A DNA stretch of 55,366 nucleotides from an uncultured Bacilli bacterium (GCA_947626655.1 CANQTA010000003.1:1-55366), one strand, 5' to 3'. Counted from the first letter of the stretch, positions 8,918 to 18,724 are shown. A program made the numbers and translations. Notes: generated by a model from the letters alone, not told the origin.

Positions 8918-9869
8918 TTTTTACTCCATCCATAAGATAAGAAAAAATCAAATAAGCGGTTTTTAATTCATCATGGCGATAAACATTATTTTCAATTTTA
9001 TAAATTTTATCTGCAATTATTATTTTATGCATCGCTTTTAAATTTTCGATATCTAAAGGTACTTGATCTTTTTGTTCTTCAGTTTCATATTTCTTTACTA
9101 AAGAAGAATTCATTTTAGTATTATTAGCTATAACAATATCAATAGTAGATTCGCCTAAATAATCTTCTAAAAGTTTTAAATGATCACTTACTTTAAAATC
9201 ATCTGTTTCACCTGGTTGGGTAAATAAATTACAAATATACATTCTTTTAGCTTTGCTATTTTTAATAGCTTGATTTAAATTAGCATTTAATAAATGAGGA
9301 ATAATACTAGTTATAAGACTACCACTAGAAAATATAATCAAATCAGCTTTTTTAACAGCTTCTAAAACTTTAGGATTAACAATTATATCATTTGAATATT
9401 CTATTTTTACAATTTTCTTTTTACTTTTAGTTATTTGTTCTTCTCCAATTAATTTTTTATTATCAGCAGTTATTCCAACTAAATTAACATTATCTTCCGT
9501 AAGGGGTAATACTTTACCTTTAATATCCAATAATTTTTCTATTACTGGTAGCGAAGTATCAAAATTACCTTTTAAATCTAAAAGAGCCGTTAAAAGTAAA
9601 TTTTTTAGGGAATGATTACCTAATGTTTTGGATTTCGTAAAGCGATAGTTCATTAAATCACGTATTTCACTGTCACAGTCACTCATTGCTAAAAGCACTT
9701 TAGAAATATCACCAACGGCTGGAATATTATAATCTTTTCTTACTCGACCTGTACTACCACCATTATCTGAAACAGAAACGACAGCAGTTAAATCTATAGG
9801 AAATAATTTTAATCCTTTTAATAATTGGGATAGACCACTGCCACCACCAAATATAACAATTTTTTTCAT
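8901..9869 (-). CDS. yvcK: UDP-GlcNAc-binding protein YvcK/GlmR
   Basis: GGGSGLS..LKGLK, VSVSDNGGSTG, GHSLKNL, CNLFTQPGETD; adjacent to whiA. Confidence 0.93.
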   Translation of the reverse strand: MKKIVIFGGGSGLSQLLKGLKLFPIDLTAVVSVSDNGGSTGRVRKDYNIPAVGDISKVLLAMSDCDSEIRDLMNYRFTKSKTLGNHSLKNLLLTALLDLKGNFDTSLPVIEKLLDIKGKVLPLTEDNVNLVGITADNKKLIGEEQITKSKKKIVKIEYSNDIIVNPKVLEAVKKADLIIFSSGSLITSIIPHLLNANLNQAIKNSKAKRMYICNLFTQPGETDDFKVSDHLKLLEDYLGESTIDIVIANNTKMNSSLVKKYETEEQKDQVPLDIENLKAMHKIIIADKIYKIENNVYRHDELKTAYLIFSYLMDGVKNDLHD

Positions 9870-9966
9870 TTTTATATATCACCTTTTTTTAATTATATTT
9901 TTTGCATCCAAATTTATTTTATCACAAATAAGAAAACTAGCCAATATTTTGACTAGTTATTTACTT

Positions 9967-11208
9967 TTATCTTGTATAGAAGACAGCACCTTTTGCAGCA
10001 TTTGATGGGAATCCTGGAGGATTTATATAATTTTTATTCATTTTTGAAGCACTAGAAGAGGAGCCATCATAATGAACGCCTTGTGATACACCATAATGTA
10101 AATGTGCACCAGTTGTACAAGTATCATATTTTTGGGTTTGTTTACCACCACCAGATAAAGCTATAACTGTATCTGTAGTAACTTTATCACCAACTTTAAC
10201 ATTTATTTGAAGTAAATGCATATAAATTACCGTATAAGCTACACCATTAACAGTAACATTTAAATAAATTTTTTGGCCACCACAGCGAAGGGATGATTTA
10301 GTACCGGTAGCTAAATCAACAATGGCTCCTACAACACCATTAGCTGTCGCATAAACTTTGGTACCTTCTGAAACACCTATATCAATACCATTATGCATTT
10401 GATATACTTTTTTAGTAGGATGCCAACGCATACCAAAAGGACTTGTTATTTTACCACTGGTAACTGGTCTCAACCAACCGGAATTATTAGAAAAATTCAT
10501 ACATACAGATAATTTATCGTTATCTTTACAACCCATGTTTTCATACATTTTAATGGATGATTTTAAATCTTGAATTTGATCTTCTAAACCAGGAACGCCT
10601 TCAATAAGAGAGCTTAAGTCATCACCTAAATCATCAATTATACTTTCATATTCAACAATTTTTTTATCCATTTTAACTTTATATTTTTCAAGTTCTGCTG
10701 ATAATTTATCGTTGTTACGAATTAAAAGTTCCATTTTATCAAGCTTAGTTTCATTATATTCTGTAAGTTGATTAATGGCATCCATACGCATGATTAATTC
10801 AGTGATAGATGAGGCTCCGGTAACATAAGAATAAACGGCATTATTATTTTCTAATTTTTGATATTGAATTAATAGTTCAGCATTTTCAGCTTTTAATTTT
10901 TCAATTTCTGCATTAGTTTTAGTGATTTCTTCAGTAAGAAGGGCTATTTCTTTTTCAGATTCTTCAATTTCGTGTTTAGCATTACCCATATTAACTTCAG
11001 CACGATCTATTTCGGCTTGTGTTTTTTTTTGACTATTTTTATTATCTTGTAATTTTTTTTCCATAGTTTTAAGTTCGGCTTTAACATCTGCTAAAGTACG
11101 ATCTAAACCAGTGGCTGCTTCAACTTTCAAAGGAGGCATTAAATAACCAAAAGTTATGGCTATAATTAATATAATATGGATAAAACAATTAGTAATTTTC
11201 TTCATCAT
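9967..11208 (-). CDS. Coiled-coil plus M23 peptidoglycan hydrolase (FtsEX partner, EnvC/CwlO-like architecture)
   Basis: Signal peptide, long heptad region, ITSPFGMRWHP..HNGIDI, YMHL, TGAHLH; directly downstream of ftsX. Confidence 0.9.
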   Translation of the reverse strand: MMKKITNCFIHIILIIAITFGYLMPPLKVEAATGLDRTLADVKAELKTMEKKLQDNKNSQKKTQAEIDRAEVNMGNAKHEIEESEKEIALLTEEITKTNAEIEKLKAENAELLIQYQKLENNNAVYSYVTGASSITELIMRMDAINQLTEYNETKLDKMELLIRNNDKLSAELEKYKVKMDKKIVEYESIIDDLGDDLSSLIEGVPGLEDQIQDLKSSIKMYENMGCKDNDKLSVCMNFSNNSGWLRPVTSGKITSPFGMRWHPTKKVYQMHNGIDIGVSEGTKVYATANGVVGAIVDLATGTKSSLRCGGQKIYLNVTVNGVAYTVIYMHLLQINVKVGDKVTTDTVIALSGGGKQTQKYDTCTTGAHLHYGVSQGVHYDGSSSSASKMNKNYINPPGFPSNAAKGAVFYTR

Positions 11209-12098
11209 ATTTTCAAATACCTTCTAACTGCTAAAAGACTTCCAAACATTCCAATAACTGCTCCTAATAAAGCAATGCCTAGAGAAATGTAGAAAATGAA
11301 ATTGTAAGGACCAATTAAATTTAAATTATCAATAATGATTTTACCACCTAATTTTTCAAAAGCAATTATATATCCATAAATGGTAATAATTATAGGAATA
11401 ATTGAACCTAATAAACCAATAGTAAATCCTTCAAAAACAAATGGCATTTTAATAGCTAGATTACTAGCACCAACTAAACGCATAATTTCAATTTCGTTAC
11501 GTCTTGCATAAATAGCTAATTTAATCGTATTGGTAATTAAGAATGCAGTTACTAATACAAGAGCAATGACAACGACAACGGTAGCTTTTTCAACTACATC
11601 GAAGACTGTTACTATTGTATCAACTGTATCCTTACCATAATCAGCACTTTCAACATTATCTTTTTTTCTAATTTCTGCTGTGGTATTTTCTAAATCTTCT
11701 GGATTTTTCACATAAACGACAAAGGCATCAAGCAAAGGATTTTCTTCATAAATTTCAAAATTAACACTAAATGATGAATCTTTATTACTCATTTCCAATA
11801 ATCTTTCATCGTTACTAATAAATTTTACTTCTGCAACACCATTAATATTTTTTAATTCATTTTCTAAATATTCAAGAGCCGTATCCGTTGTACCTCTTTC
11901 AACATAAACAACAATACTTAATTCGCTTTCTAATTGTTGAGTAGCATTTCGCACATTTAAAGCCACAACTGTAGCAATAGCAACAACCATTAAAGTAATC
12001 GTGGCACATAATATAGAAGCTATACTTAAACTAAAATTACGAAAAACACTTTTAAAAGCATCACGGATACTTCTTCCAATTATTCTAAATGGCTTCAT
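11205..12098 (-). CDS. ftsX: Cell division permease FtsX
   Basis: RN..LS.ASI, NPL.DAF.V, LITNTIKLAIYARRNEIEIMRLVGA, PFVFEG. Confidence 0.96.
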   Translation of the reverse strand: MKPFRIIGRSIRDAFKSVFRNFSLSIASILCATITLMVVAIATVVALNVRNATQQLESELSIVVYVERGTTDTALEYLENELKNINGVAEVKFISNDERLLEMSNKDSSFSVNFEIYEENPLLDAFVVYVKNPEDLENTTAEIRKKDNVESADYGKDTVDTIVTVFDVVEKATVVVVIALVLVTAFLITNTIKLAIYARRNEIEIMRLVGASNLAIKMPFVFEGFTIGLLGSIIPIIITIYGYIIAFEKLGGKIIIDNLNLIGPYNFIFYISLGIALLGAVIGMFGSLLAVRRYLKI

Positions 12099-12786
12099 GT
12101 GACTTATAACTTCCTTTCAGATAATCCCCTGTTAAAACGCCGTGTTCGATTAAAAGAACTCTTTTTTTCATGCGATTGACAATTTCTTTATCATGGGTAG
12201 CCATAATAACAGTTGTTTTTAAATCTTTATTAATATTATCAATTACTTTCATAATTTCTTTACTGGTTTCAGGGTCTAAGTTTCCAGTAGGTTCATCACA
12301 TATCAATAGTTTAGGCTCGTTAACAATTGCTCTAGCTATACAAACTCTTTGTTGTTCGCCGCCGGATAATTGATGGGGAAAACTTCTTACCTTTTCTTTT
12401 AAACCAACAATTTCAATAGCTTTTAAGACTTTAGGTCTTATTTCACTAGCTTTCATTCCTAAACACTCAAGGGCAAAAGCTACATTTTCATATACAGTTA
12501 GTTTGGGTAATAATTTAAAATCTTGAAAAACAACACCGATTTTTCTTCTTAATTTATAAACACGACCATTGCGCAATTTAGCAACATTAACACCACCAAC
12601 AATAACACTACCTTTAGTAGGTTTTTCTTCACGGTATAACATTTTTATAAATGTCGATTTACCACTAGCGGTATGACCAATTACGAAAACAAACTCGCCT
12701 TTTTCTATTTCCACAGATAAATCAGCAAGTGCAGTGACGCCAGTCGAATAAGTTTTATTCACATTTTTTAATTCAATAAACTTCAT
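12085..12786 (-). CDS. ftsE: Cell division ATP-binding protein FtsE
   Basis: GHTASGKST, LRRKIGVVFQDFKLLP, LSGGEQQRV, DEPTGNLDP. Confidence 0.96.
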   Translation of the reverse strand: MKFIELKNVNKTYSTGVTALADLSVEIEKGEFVFVIGHTASGKSTFIKMLYREEKPTKGSVIVGGVNVAKLRNGRVYKLRRKIGVVFQDFKLLPKLTVYENVAFALECLGMKASEIRPKVLKAIEIVGLKEKVRSFPHQLSGGEQQRVCIARAIVNEPKLLICDEPTGNLDPETSKEIMKVIDNINKDLKTTVIMATHDKEIVNRMKKRVLLIEHGVLTGDYLKGSYKSHEAI

Positions 12787-12868
12787 ATCTTATACTCCTA
12801 TATAATTATATCAAAAAAATACCATTATATAAATGGTAAATTTGTCCTTTTAGTATTATTTACATATA

Positions 12869-13762
12869 TTATATAAATGGTAAATTAGGTCTTTTTATGC
12901 CTCCTCTTACCTCATAGCAATCACTAATGACAAAGAAGGCATGTTCATCTATTTCTAAAATACGATCTTTAAAATAATTAACATCTCTATTACTTATAAC
13001 ACACATTATCATTGCCCCTTTTACATGGGAATAACCGCCAACAGTGGGAAATATTGTATAACCAGTTTGAAATTCTTTTTCAATAACATTTTTAACTTTT
13101 CGTGATTCTTTAGTATAAATCATAAATTTCTTACTATCAGATATGCCTAAAATTATTTTATCAACTATCATGGAACCAATTACTAATATAATAGTGGCAT
13201 AAATGGCATTATCTACTCCAAAAACAAAGGCACCAGTTAAAATAATAAAGATATTAACTATTAAAACACCTCTTCCTTCACTCATATGTAGATATTTACG
13301 CATTAAGCGAACGATTACATCACTACCACCAGTAGAATAACCAAATTTATAGACAAGACCATTACTAAAACCATAAAGAGTACCGGCTAAAACAACAGTG
13401 ACAAGAATTTCTTGAAATGTTAAATAATTTAATAAAAATTCTGACATTGGTTCGGTAAAGGTGACAAAAACTGGGTATAGAAATGAACCAATTACTACTC
13501 TTTTAGTTTCTGATTTACCTAAAAAGCAAAAGCTCACGATAAGAAGTAAAAATGATGTAGCATAAATAAATAATTGAGAATTGAAACCACATAATTTTTC
13601 AATAACTAAACCAAGACCAGAAACACCACCGACAACAAGATTATTAGGAACGAAAAAAAGATTATAACATAATGCTAAACAAAAGGTTCCAAAAACAAAG
13701 GAAATTCCTGTTATAATTATTTCTTTAGTATCTTTACTTATTAAGCCACTTTTTTTCTTCAT
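12869..13762 (-). CDS. YitT/DUF161 family membrane protein
   Basis: GGVSG, GYSTGGSD, TM helices, C-terminal GGYS...ID..AF DUF2179-like domain. Confidence 0.9.
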   Translation of the reverse strand: MKKKSGLISKDTKEIIITGISFVFGTFCLALCYNLFFVPNNLVVGGVSGLGLVIEKLCGFNSQLFIYATSFLLLIVSFCFLGKSETKRVVIGSFLYPVFVTFTEPMSEFLLNYLTFQEILVTVVLAGTLYGFSNGLVYKFGYSTGGSDVIVRLMRKYLHMSEGRGVLIVNIFIILTGAFVFGVDNAIYATIILVIGSMIVDKIILGISDSKKFMIYTKESRKVKNVIEKEFQTGYTIFPTVGGYSHVKGAMIMCVISNRDVNYFKDRILEIDEHAFFVISDCYEVRGGIKRPNLPFI

Positions 13763-13861
13763 TTTTATCTACCTATTATAATTATACAAAAATTTTTTAG
13801 TCCTTGCAATATTGATTTCATATTGTTTAAGTAGTAAAATGATTGAAGAAAAGGAAATTCT

Positions 13862-14680
13862 ATGAAAAAGGCAAATTTAAAAAATTTAATTAGTAATATT
13901 GTTATTATTTTGTTAATTATTTGTATTATTTATTCTTCTTTTAATATATTAATTTGGTTTAAAGAGAATAAAAAAACTAAAGATTTGCAAAACAAAATAA
14001 CGGAAAATGTACAAATAAAAGAAACGGAAGATAATGAAAATACGGAAATTATTGAACCAAATAATGATATTCAGGATGATGATCCTTATTGGTCTTATAT
14101 AAAACAAAATTTAATAAATGTTGATTTTAATGAACTTAAGAATATTAATAATGATGTTGAAGGATGGATACAAGTTAATGGCACTAATGTCAATTATCCA
14201 TTTGTACAAACTACTAATAATGATTTTTATTTAGATCATTCGATTGATAAAGAAAAAAATAGTGCCGGATGGTTGTTCTTAGATTATCGAAATAATATGG
14301 AAAATTTAGATAAAAATACTATTATTTATGCACATAACCGAAAAGATAAATCTATGTTTGGTAGTCTTAAAAATACTTTGACTAAAAATTGGCTTAATAA
14401 TACTGATAATTTTATTATAAAATTGTCAACACCTTATGAAAATACTTTATGGCAAATTTTTAGTATCTATCATATTCCTACCACAAATGATTATATTAGA
14501 ACTAATTTTTCTTCTAATACTGATTTTTTAGAATTTGCTAACATGTTGATAGGAAGAAGTGTCCATAATTTTAATACATCTGTTTCAGAAAATGATTATA
14601 TATTAACTTTATCGACTTGTCATGGCAAAACGGAAAAATTAGTTATTCATGCTAAACTTATTAAAAAAGAAACAAGATAA
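13862..14680 (+). CDS. srtB: Class B sortase
   Basis: N-terminal TM, GWIQV.GT.VNYP.VQ..NNDFYL.H, NTIIYAHN..D.SMFG.L, LTLSTC. Confidence 0.9.
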   Translation: MKKANLKNLISNIVIILLIICIIYSSFNILIWFKENKKTKDLQNKITENVQIKETEDNENTEIIEPNNDIQDDDPYWSYIKQNLINVDFNELKNINNDVEGWIQVNGTNVNYPFVQTTNNDFYLDHSIDKEKNSAGWLFLDYRNNMENLDKNTIIYAHNRKDKSMFGSLKNTLTKNWLNNTDNFIIKLSTPYENTLWQIFSIYHIPTTNDYIRTNFSSNTDFLEFANMLIGRSVHNFNTSVSENDYILTLSTCHGKTEKLVIHAKLIKKETR

Positions 14681-14706
14681 TACTTAGAAGAGTTGATACA
14701 TATAAT
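14678..14706 (+). promoter_or_regulatory. Putative sigma-E-type promoter for gerQ
   Basis: TAATACT, 14 nt, CATATAAT; gerQ is sigma-E dependent in B. subtilis. Confidence 0.45.
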
Positions 14707-14729
14707 TTATAGAGGTGAAATTAAATTAT

Positions 14730-15095
14730 ATGAATGGTAGTTATTATCAAAATCCAACATTCCCAACAAATCAAGCACCGATGACCAATGTTCCAACAAG
14801 TCCACCTGGTAATATTTCTTCAATTAGTACTTTGCCTATGGAACAAAGCTACATAGAGAATATTTTAAGACTTAATAAGGGAAAAAGAGTTAATGCTTAT
14901 GTTTCTTATCCAGATAGTAGTGAGTGGCAAAATAAAATTTATTCAGGAATAATTGAAGAGGCTGGTAAAGATCATTTAATATTAAGTGATCCCATAAATG
15001 GTGATTGGTATTTAATCAGAATGATTTATTTAGATTATGTAGAATTTTTTGAAAAAATCAATTATTCTCATGTTTATTCTGAAAAAAATTTTTAA
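14730..15095 (+). CDS. gerQ: Spore coat protein GerQ (start likely ATG 14730)
   Basis: LPMEQSYIENILRLNKGK...GIIEEAGKDHLILSDP..G.WYL..MIYLDYVEF; SD GAGGTG. Confidence 0.92.
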   Translation: MNGSYYQNPTFPTNQAPMTNVPTSPPGNISSISTLPMEQSYIENILRLNKGKRVNAYVSYPDSSEWQNKIYSGIIEEAGKDHLILSDPINGDWYLIRMIYLDYVEFFEKINYSHVYSEKNF

Positions 15096-15125
15096 TTCAA
15101 AGGTTATAAAATCTTTGAATTTTTT
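15094..15125. terminator. Terminator between convergent gerQ and rpn
   Basis: AATTCAAAG-gttataaaat-CTTTGAATT followed by a T run. Confidence 0.7.
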
Positions 15126-15948
15126 ATTGATTATTTACTTTATTTAATTTTTTTATTTCTTCATCCTTTAAACCAGTAACTTCTTTTATATCTTTTATTG
15201 CCATGCCTTTCTTCAATAAATTTTTAGCAACTAAATTAATTCCCGTTTCTTTACCTTTATTTTCTGCATAACGTTCTCTGGCCTCTTGGATCATTTTAGC
15301 TTCTTCTTCATAAGATACTAATCTTGTTATACTATCATCATCATTGATTACAAACATCTTTTCTTCAACCTCCCTTACTAATTTATCTTGTTTACTTAAT
15401 TTCTCTATTTCTTCTTTACTAGCACTTAACATTACTAAATAGATATGTTCTAAATCCCCTTGGATATTTTTATCATACCACATTCTTTTATATTCTACAA
15501 GATTGACATTGATTATCCGAATGTCTTCACTATATACCCCACCATTTATTCTATCTATTAACATATAATCTTCTTTTAAATGACCAATATCATTATAATT
15601 TAAATTGATTTGGATTATTTTATTATCTTCTAATAATTTACCTTTCTTTGCTATTTGACTACACAAAGTAGCTAAATAGATAATATTTCTTTTCTTTATT
15701 ATTTCATCAAAACAAGGATTTACTTCCACATTTATTGTTTCATGATTTTCCGTTTCTACTACAACATCTAAGACATTTAATTTCATCCCCATATTTAGAA
15801 TTGGTAATTCAGTTGGTTTTACTATTTTAATAGTTATTTTTTCTTCTAAAATATCACTAATTATTTTTTCTAATAATTCATTATTATCATTTAACATAAT
15901 TGTCTTAAACATTCGATCATTATTCAAAGTATAAAATTTTTTACGCAT
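15124..15948 (-). CDS. Rpn-family recombination-promoting nuclease / PD-(D/E)XK putative transposase
   Basis: NDRMFK, LDVVV....INVEVN, and a C-terminal KGKETG...AKNLLKKGM.I..IKEVTGL...EI helical tail. Confidence 0.85.
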   Translation of the reverse strand: MRKKFYTLNNDRMFKTIMLNDNNELLEKIISDILEEKITIKIVKPTELPILNMGMKLNVLDVVVETENHETINVEVNPCFDEIIKKRNIIYLATLCSQIAKKGKLLEDNKIIQINLNYNDIGHLKEDYMLIDRINGGVYSEDIRIINVNLVEYKRMWYDKNIQGDLEHIYLVMLSASKEEIEKLSKQDKLVREVEEKMFVINDDDSITRLVSYEEEAKMIQEARERYAENKGKETGINLVAKNLLKKGMAIKDIKEVTGLKDEEIKKLNKVNNQ

Positions 15949-15976
15949 TATCTTCTTCTCTCTTTCTCGAGTTACT

Positions 15977-16046
15977 TATTTTAGCTTTTATTTTACTACT
16001 TGCAAGACTTTCGACAAATGATGTCAAAACTTCTTATTTTTCGACA
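15977..16046 (-). promoter_or_regulatory. rpn promoter with two perfect Spo0A boxes
   Basis: TGTCGAA on the minus strand at 16010-16016 and 16040-16046, TGTCAAA on the plus strand at 16022-16028, and TTGCAA-16-TAAAAT just downstream. Confidence 0.6.
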
Positions 16047-16063
16047 TTTAAGTAATCTTTGCT

Positions 16064-16099
16064 AAAAAAAATTACCAAATCTTTATAGATTTAGCAATT
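16064..16099 (-). terminator. Terminator/palindrome after LRR copy B, homologous to the 550-639 units
   Basis: TACCAAATCTTTATAGATTTAGCA (16073-16096) with an A run on the left, i.e. a U-tract on the minus strand. Confidence 0.7.
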
Positions 16100-16123
16100 C
16101 ATTTTATCATATTTATTTATTTT

Positions 16124-18598
16124 TTAATAGGGAATAACTTGGCTGTGGTTGTTTTCTTCTAAAGCTTCTTGTAGTCTTGCTTGAACCCAATCTATTTGCG
16201 ATGACTCAGTATAGACGGTTATGTTATTTGAAACTGTTGATGTAACATTTACTCTACCCCTATCATTTGTAAATTCACCACCAAATATTGCTTGATAATT
16301 GGATATATCATTTATTTGATTATATGAAGCTTTTGGTAATTTTAATTCTACTAATTTTGTACATCCTGCAAACATCCTATGTATGCTTATTAATTTTGGA
16401 ACGTTCCAATTGCTTAAATCTACTTTAGTTAAATTTGAACAATTTTGAAACATGCCAACACTTGCTTCTTTATAATCTCCCATATTTGTTACATTTTTGG
16501 TATCCCAATTAGTAATAGGTGTTATATCATTTATCTGCGTACTAGAAAACATTCCGCTCATATCTGTTACATTTGACACATTCCAATCTTTTAATGGAGT
16601 TAGATCATCTATTGAAGAATATTGAAACATATATGACATATTGGTTACATTTTGAGTATTCCAACTGGCTAATGCTTTAAAATCATTTGTTTTTATACCA
16701 TAAAACATAGTTTTCATATTAGTTACATGTGAGACATCCCAATTTGATAATGGACCTAAATCTGTCAGATTACTACAATTTGCAAACATATTTTCCATAT
16801 TAGTAACTTTAGTAATATTCCAACTTTTTATTGGATTTAAATCATTTATTTGCGCTCCGGCAAACATAGCAGCCATATCGGTGACACTTTTAGTGTTCCA
16901 ATCTTTTATTGGTGTTAAATCTTTTATTGGAGTAATATAAAACATATTAGACATATTTTTAACATTTGACACATCCCAGTTGGTTATTGGACTCAAATCA
17001 ATTATATTAGTACTATTAAATATTTGAGCCATATTTGTTACATTTGATGTATCCCAATGGGCTATTGGACTTAAATCATTAATTTCAGTACACCAAAACA
17101 TACCACCTATACTTGTAATTTTAGGGATGTTCCAATTACTTAATGGAGATATATCGCTTATTGATGTTCCCCAAAACATATTTTCAAGATTAGTAACATT
17201 AGACATATCCCAATTAGCCAGTCCACTTATATCTATTAAATCTCCATCATATACAAACATAGAACTAGGATTAACTAAACTTGATGTTTTCCAAAGTTTT
17301 AAAGGATTCACATTACTCACATGAGTGGATTCAAATAACCATTGCATATTAGTTACATGAGATACATCCCAATTACTTAGTGGTGTTAGGTCTGTTAAAG
17401 CTGTGCTTCCAAATAAACAGTACATAGTATTTACTTTTGACGTATTCCAATTAACTAATGCATTAATGTCATTTAATTTTTTACAACTGCCAAACATACT
17501 GGATAAGTTTGTTACATTTTGAGTATTCCAATTAGCAAGAGCTCCTATATCTACCAAATTAGTACAATTTACAAATGTATTTGATAAATTTGTTACTTCA
17601 TTGGTATCTAAGGCATTACCTGTAATTTTCTTTAAATTAGTAAATTCTTGAAATGCTCTACTCATATCTTGCGGCGCTCGCATTGGTCCATTTGAACCAA
17701 TATATAAATCATATCTATCATCTTCATCTGGTGTCACTTCTAACCAACCCATTACTTCATTTGACTTAGTTCCTCTATCGTTGTCTCCTAATTCCCATGT
17801 CTTAATTGCTTTTGATGTATTTATGTAATCTACTAAGTAAATATTTTGGATCTTTTGATATAGTCCTTCTTCATCATAAAATAGTGAGACCCATTTTTCT
17901 GTTTCCTTACCATTTTGTATCTCTTTTACATTTTTATTTAATTTAACTAAATATTTATATGTACCATTTTCATGACATACCATATTCTCGGCTTCTATTT
18001 TGACATTTAGTATTTTATTCGCTATATAATTTTGATAACTTTCTTTATTTATTAATTCTACTATCGCACTTAAATAATCACTACTATTTCCGTCTATCTC
18101 AAAACTTGTATTATATATTTTAGTGTTATTTACTTTTAAAGTACTTAAGTCTAGTGTTTCATCTAAGCCTAAGCCTTTTAAATATAAAAGTACATCTTCT
18201 TTTTCTAAGACACTACCCATCCTGCCATCATCAATGTTTAAAGTTACTTTTATATCACCATTGCAACTATATCTAATGTTTTTCATACCTTTGGATGATA
18301 CTTCGATTATATTATGGGTTCCTTCTTCCTTTGTTTTTTCATATCTATTATTATTTACTGCTCCATAATAACTTCCTACATTTGCTAATTTCATATCATT
18401 ATTATCCACATGGATATGTATATCATCATATAAAGTACTTACAGATAATGAGTGTTTCTTCGGCGTATTCGCTGTGATCATAGTCTTACTACCATTACCG
18501 GTTATTGTTACACTAAAATATGCATACGTTGCACTTATTATTAGTAGTAACATTATGAATACTCCCACTAAGCTTATTATTATTTTTCTATTCTTCAT
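16124..18598 (-). CDS. DUF285/BspA-type LRR surface protein, copy B (824 aa, intact), SipW-type signal peptide
   Basis: MKNRK..hydrophobic..ISATYAYFS; N-region collinear with copy A; about 16 repeats of ~26 aa; conserved C-cap ITVYTESSQ.DWV.ARL.E.L.ENN. Confidence 0.93.
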   Translation of the reverse strand: MKNRKIIISLVGVFIMLLLIISATYAYFSVTITGNGSKTMITANTPKKHSLSVSTLYDDIHIHVDNNDMKLANVGSYYGAVNNNRYEKTKEEGTHNIIEVSSKGMKNIRYSCNGDIKVTLNIDDGRMGSVLEKEDVLLYLKGLGLDETLDLSTLKVNNTKIYNTSFEIDGNSSDYLSAIVELINKESYQNYIANKILNVKIEAENMVCHENGTYKYLVKLNKNVKEIQNGKETEKWVSLFYDEEGLYQKIQNIYLVDYINTSKAIKTWELGDNDRGTKSNEVMGWLEVTPDEDDRYDLYIGSNGPMRAPQDMSRAFQEFTNLKKITGNALDTNEVTNLSNTFVNCTNLVDIGALANWNTQNVTNLSSMFGSCKKLNDINALVNWNTSKVNTMYCLFGSTALTDLTPLSNWDVSHVTNMQWLFESTHVSNVNPLKLWKTSSLVNPSSMFVYDGDLIDISGLANWDMSNVTNLENMFWGTSISDISPLSNWNIPKITSIGGMFWCTEINDLSPIAHWDTSNVTNMAQIFNSTNIIDLSPITNWDVSNVKNMSNMFYITPIKDLTPIKDWNTKSVTDMAAMFAGAQINDLNPIKSWNITKVTNMENMFANCSNLTDLGPLSNWDVSHVTNMKTMFYGIKTNDFKALASWNTQNVTNMSYMFQYSSIDDLTPLKDWNVSNVTDMSGMFSSTQINDITPITNWDTKNVTNMGDYKEASVGMFQNCSNLTKVDLSNWNVPKLISIHRMFAGCTKLVELKLPKASYNQINDISNYQAIFGGEFTNDRGRVNVTSTVSNNITVYTESSQIDWVQARLQEALEENNHSQVIPY

Positions 18599-18621
18599 TT
18601 TATATTTACTCCTTTAGTTTT

Positions 18622-18696
18622 TACATCATTTATGATGTATTATATAAATATTTTACGCCATTATTGGTGTAGTGTCAATACATCTTTTTAGATGTG
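18622..18696. promoter_or_regulatory. Three 18-bp palindromic operators plus the sigma-A promoter of LRR copy B
   Basis: TACATCATTTATGATGTA (18622-39), TACGCCATTATTGGTGTA (18654-71), TACATCTTTTTAGATGTG (18679-96). Minus-strand TTGACA (18673-78), 17 nt, TAAAAT (18650-55). Confidence 0.8.
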
Positions 18697-18724
18697 TGAA
18701 ATTATTATTTATGGAGTGATAAAT

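Noticed and set aside
13862-14680. Sortase B as the anchor for the LRR proteins
   Set aside because: The LRR proteins end in a polar cap with no LPxTG/NPxTG-TM-basic tail, and no sortase substrate was recognised in the window.
15124-15948. rpn as an IS element
   Set aside because: No terminal inverted repeats or target duplication seen, and Rpn proteins are not demonstrated transposases.
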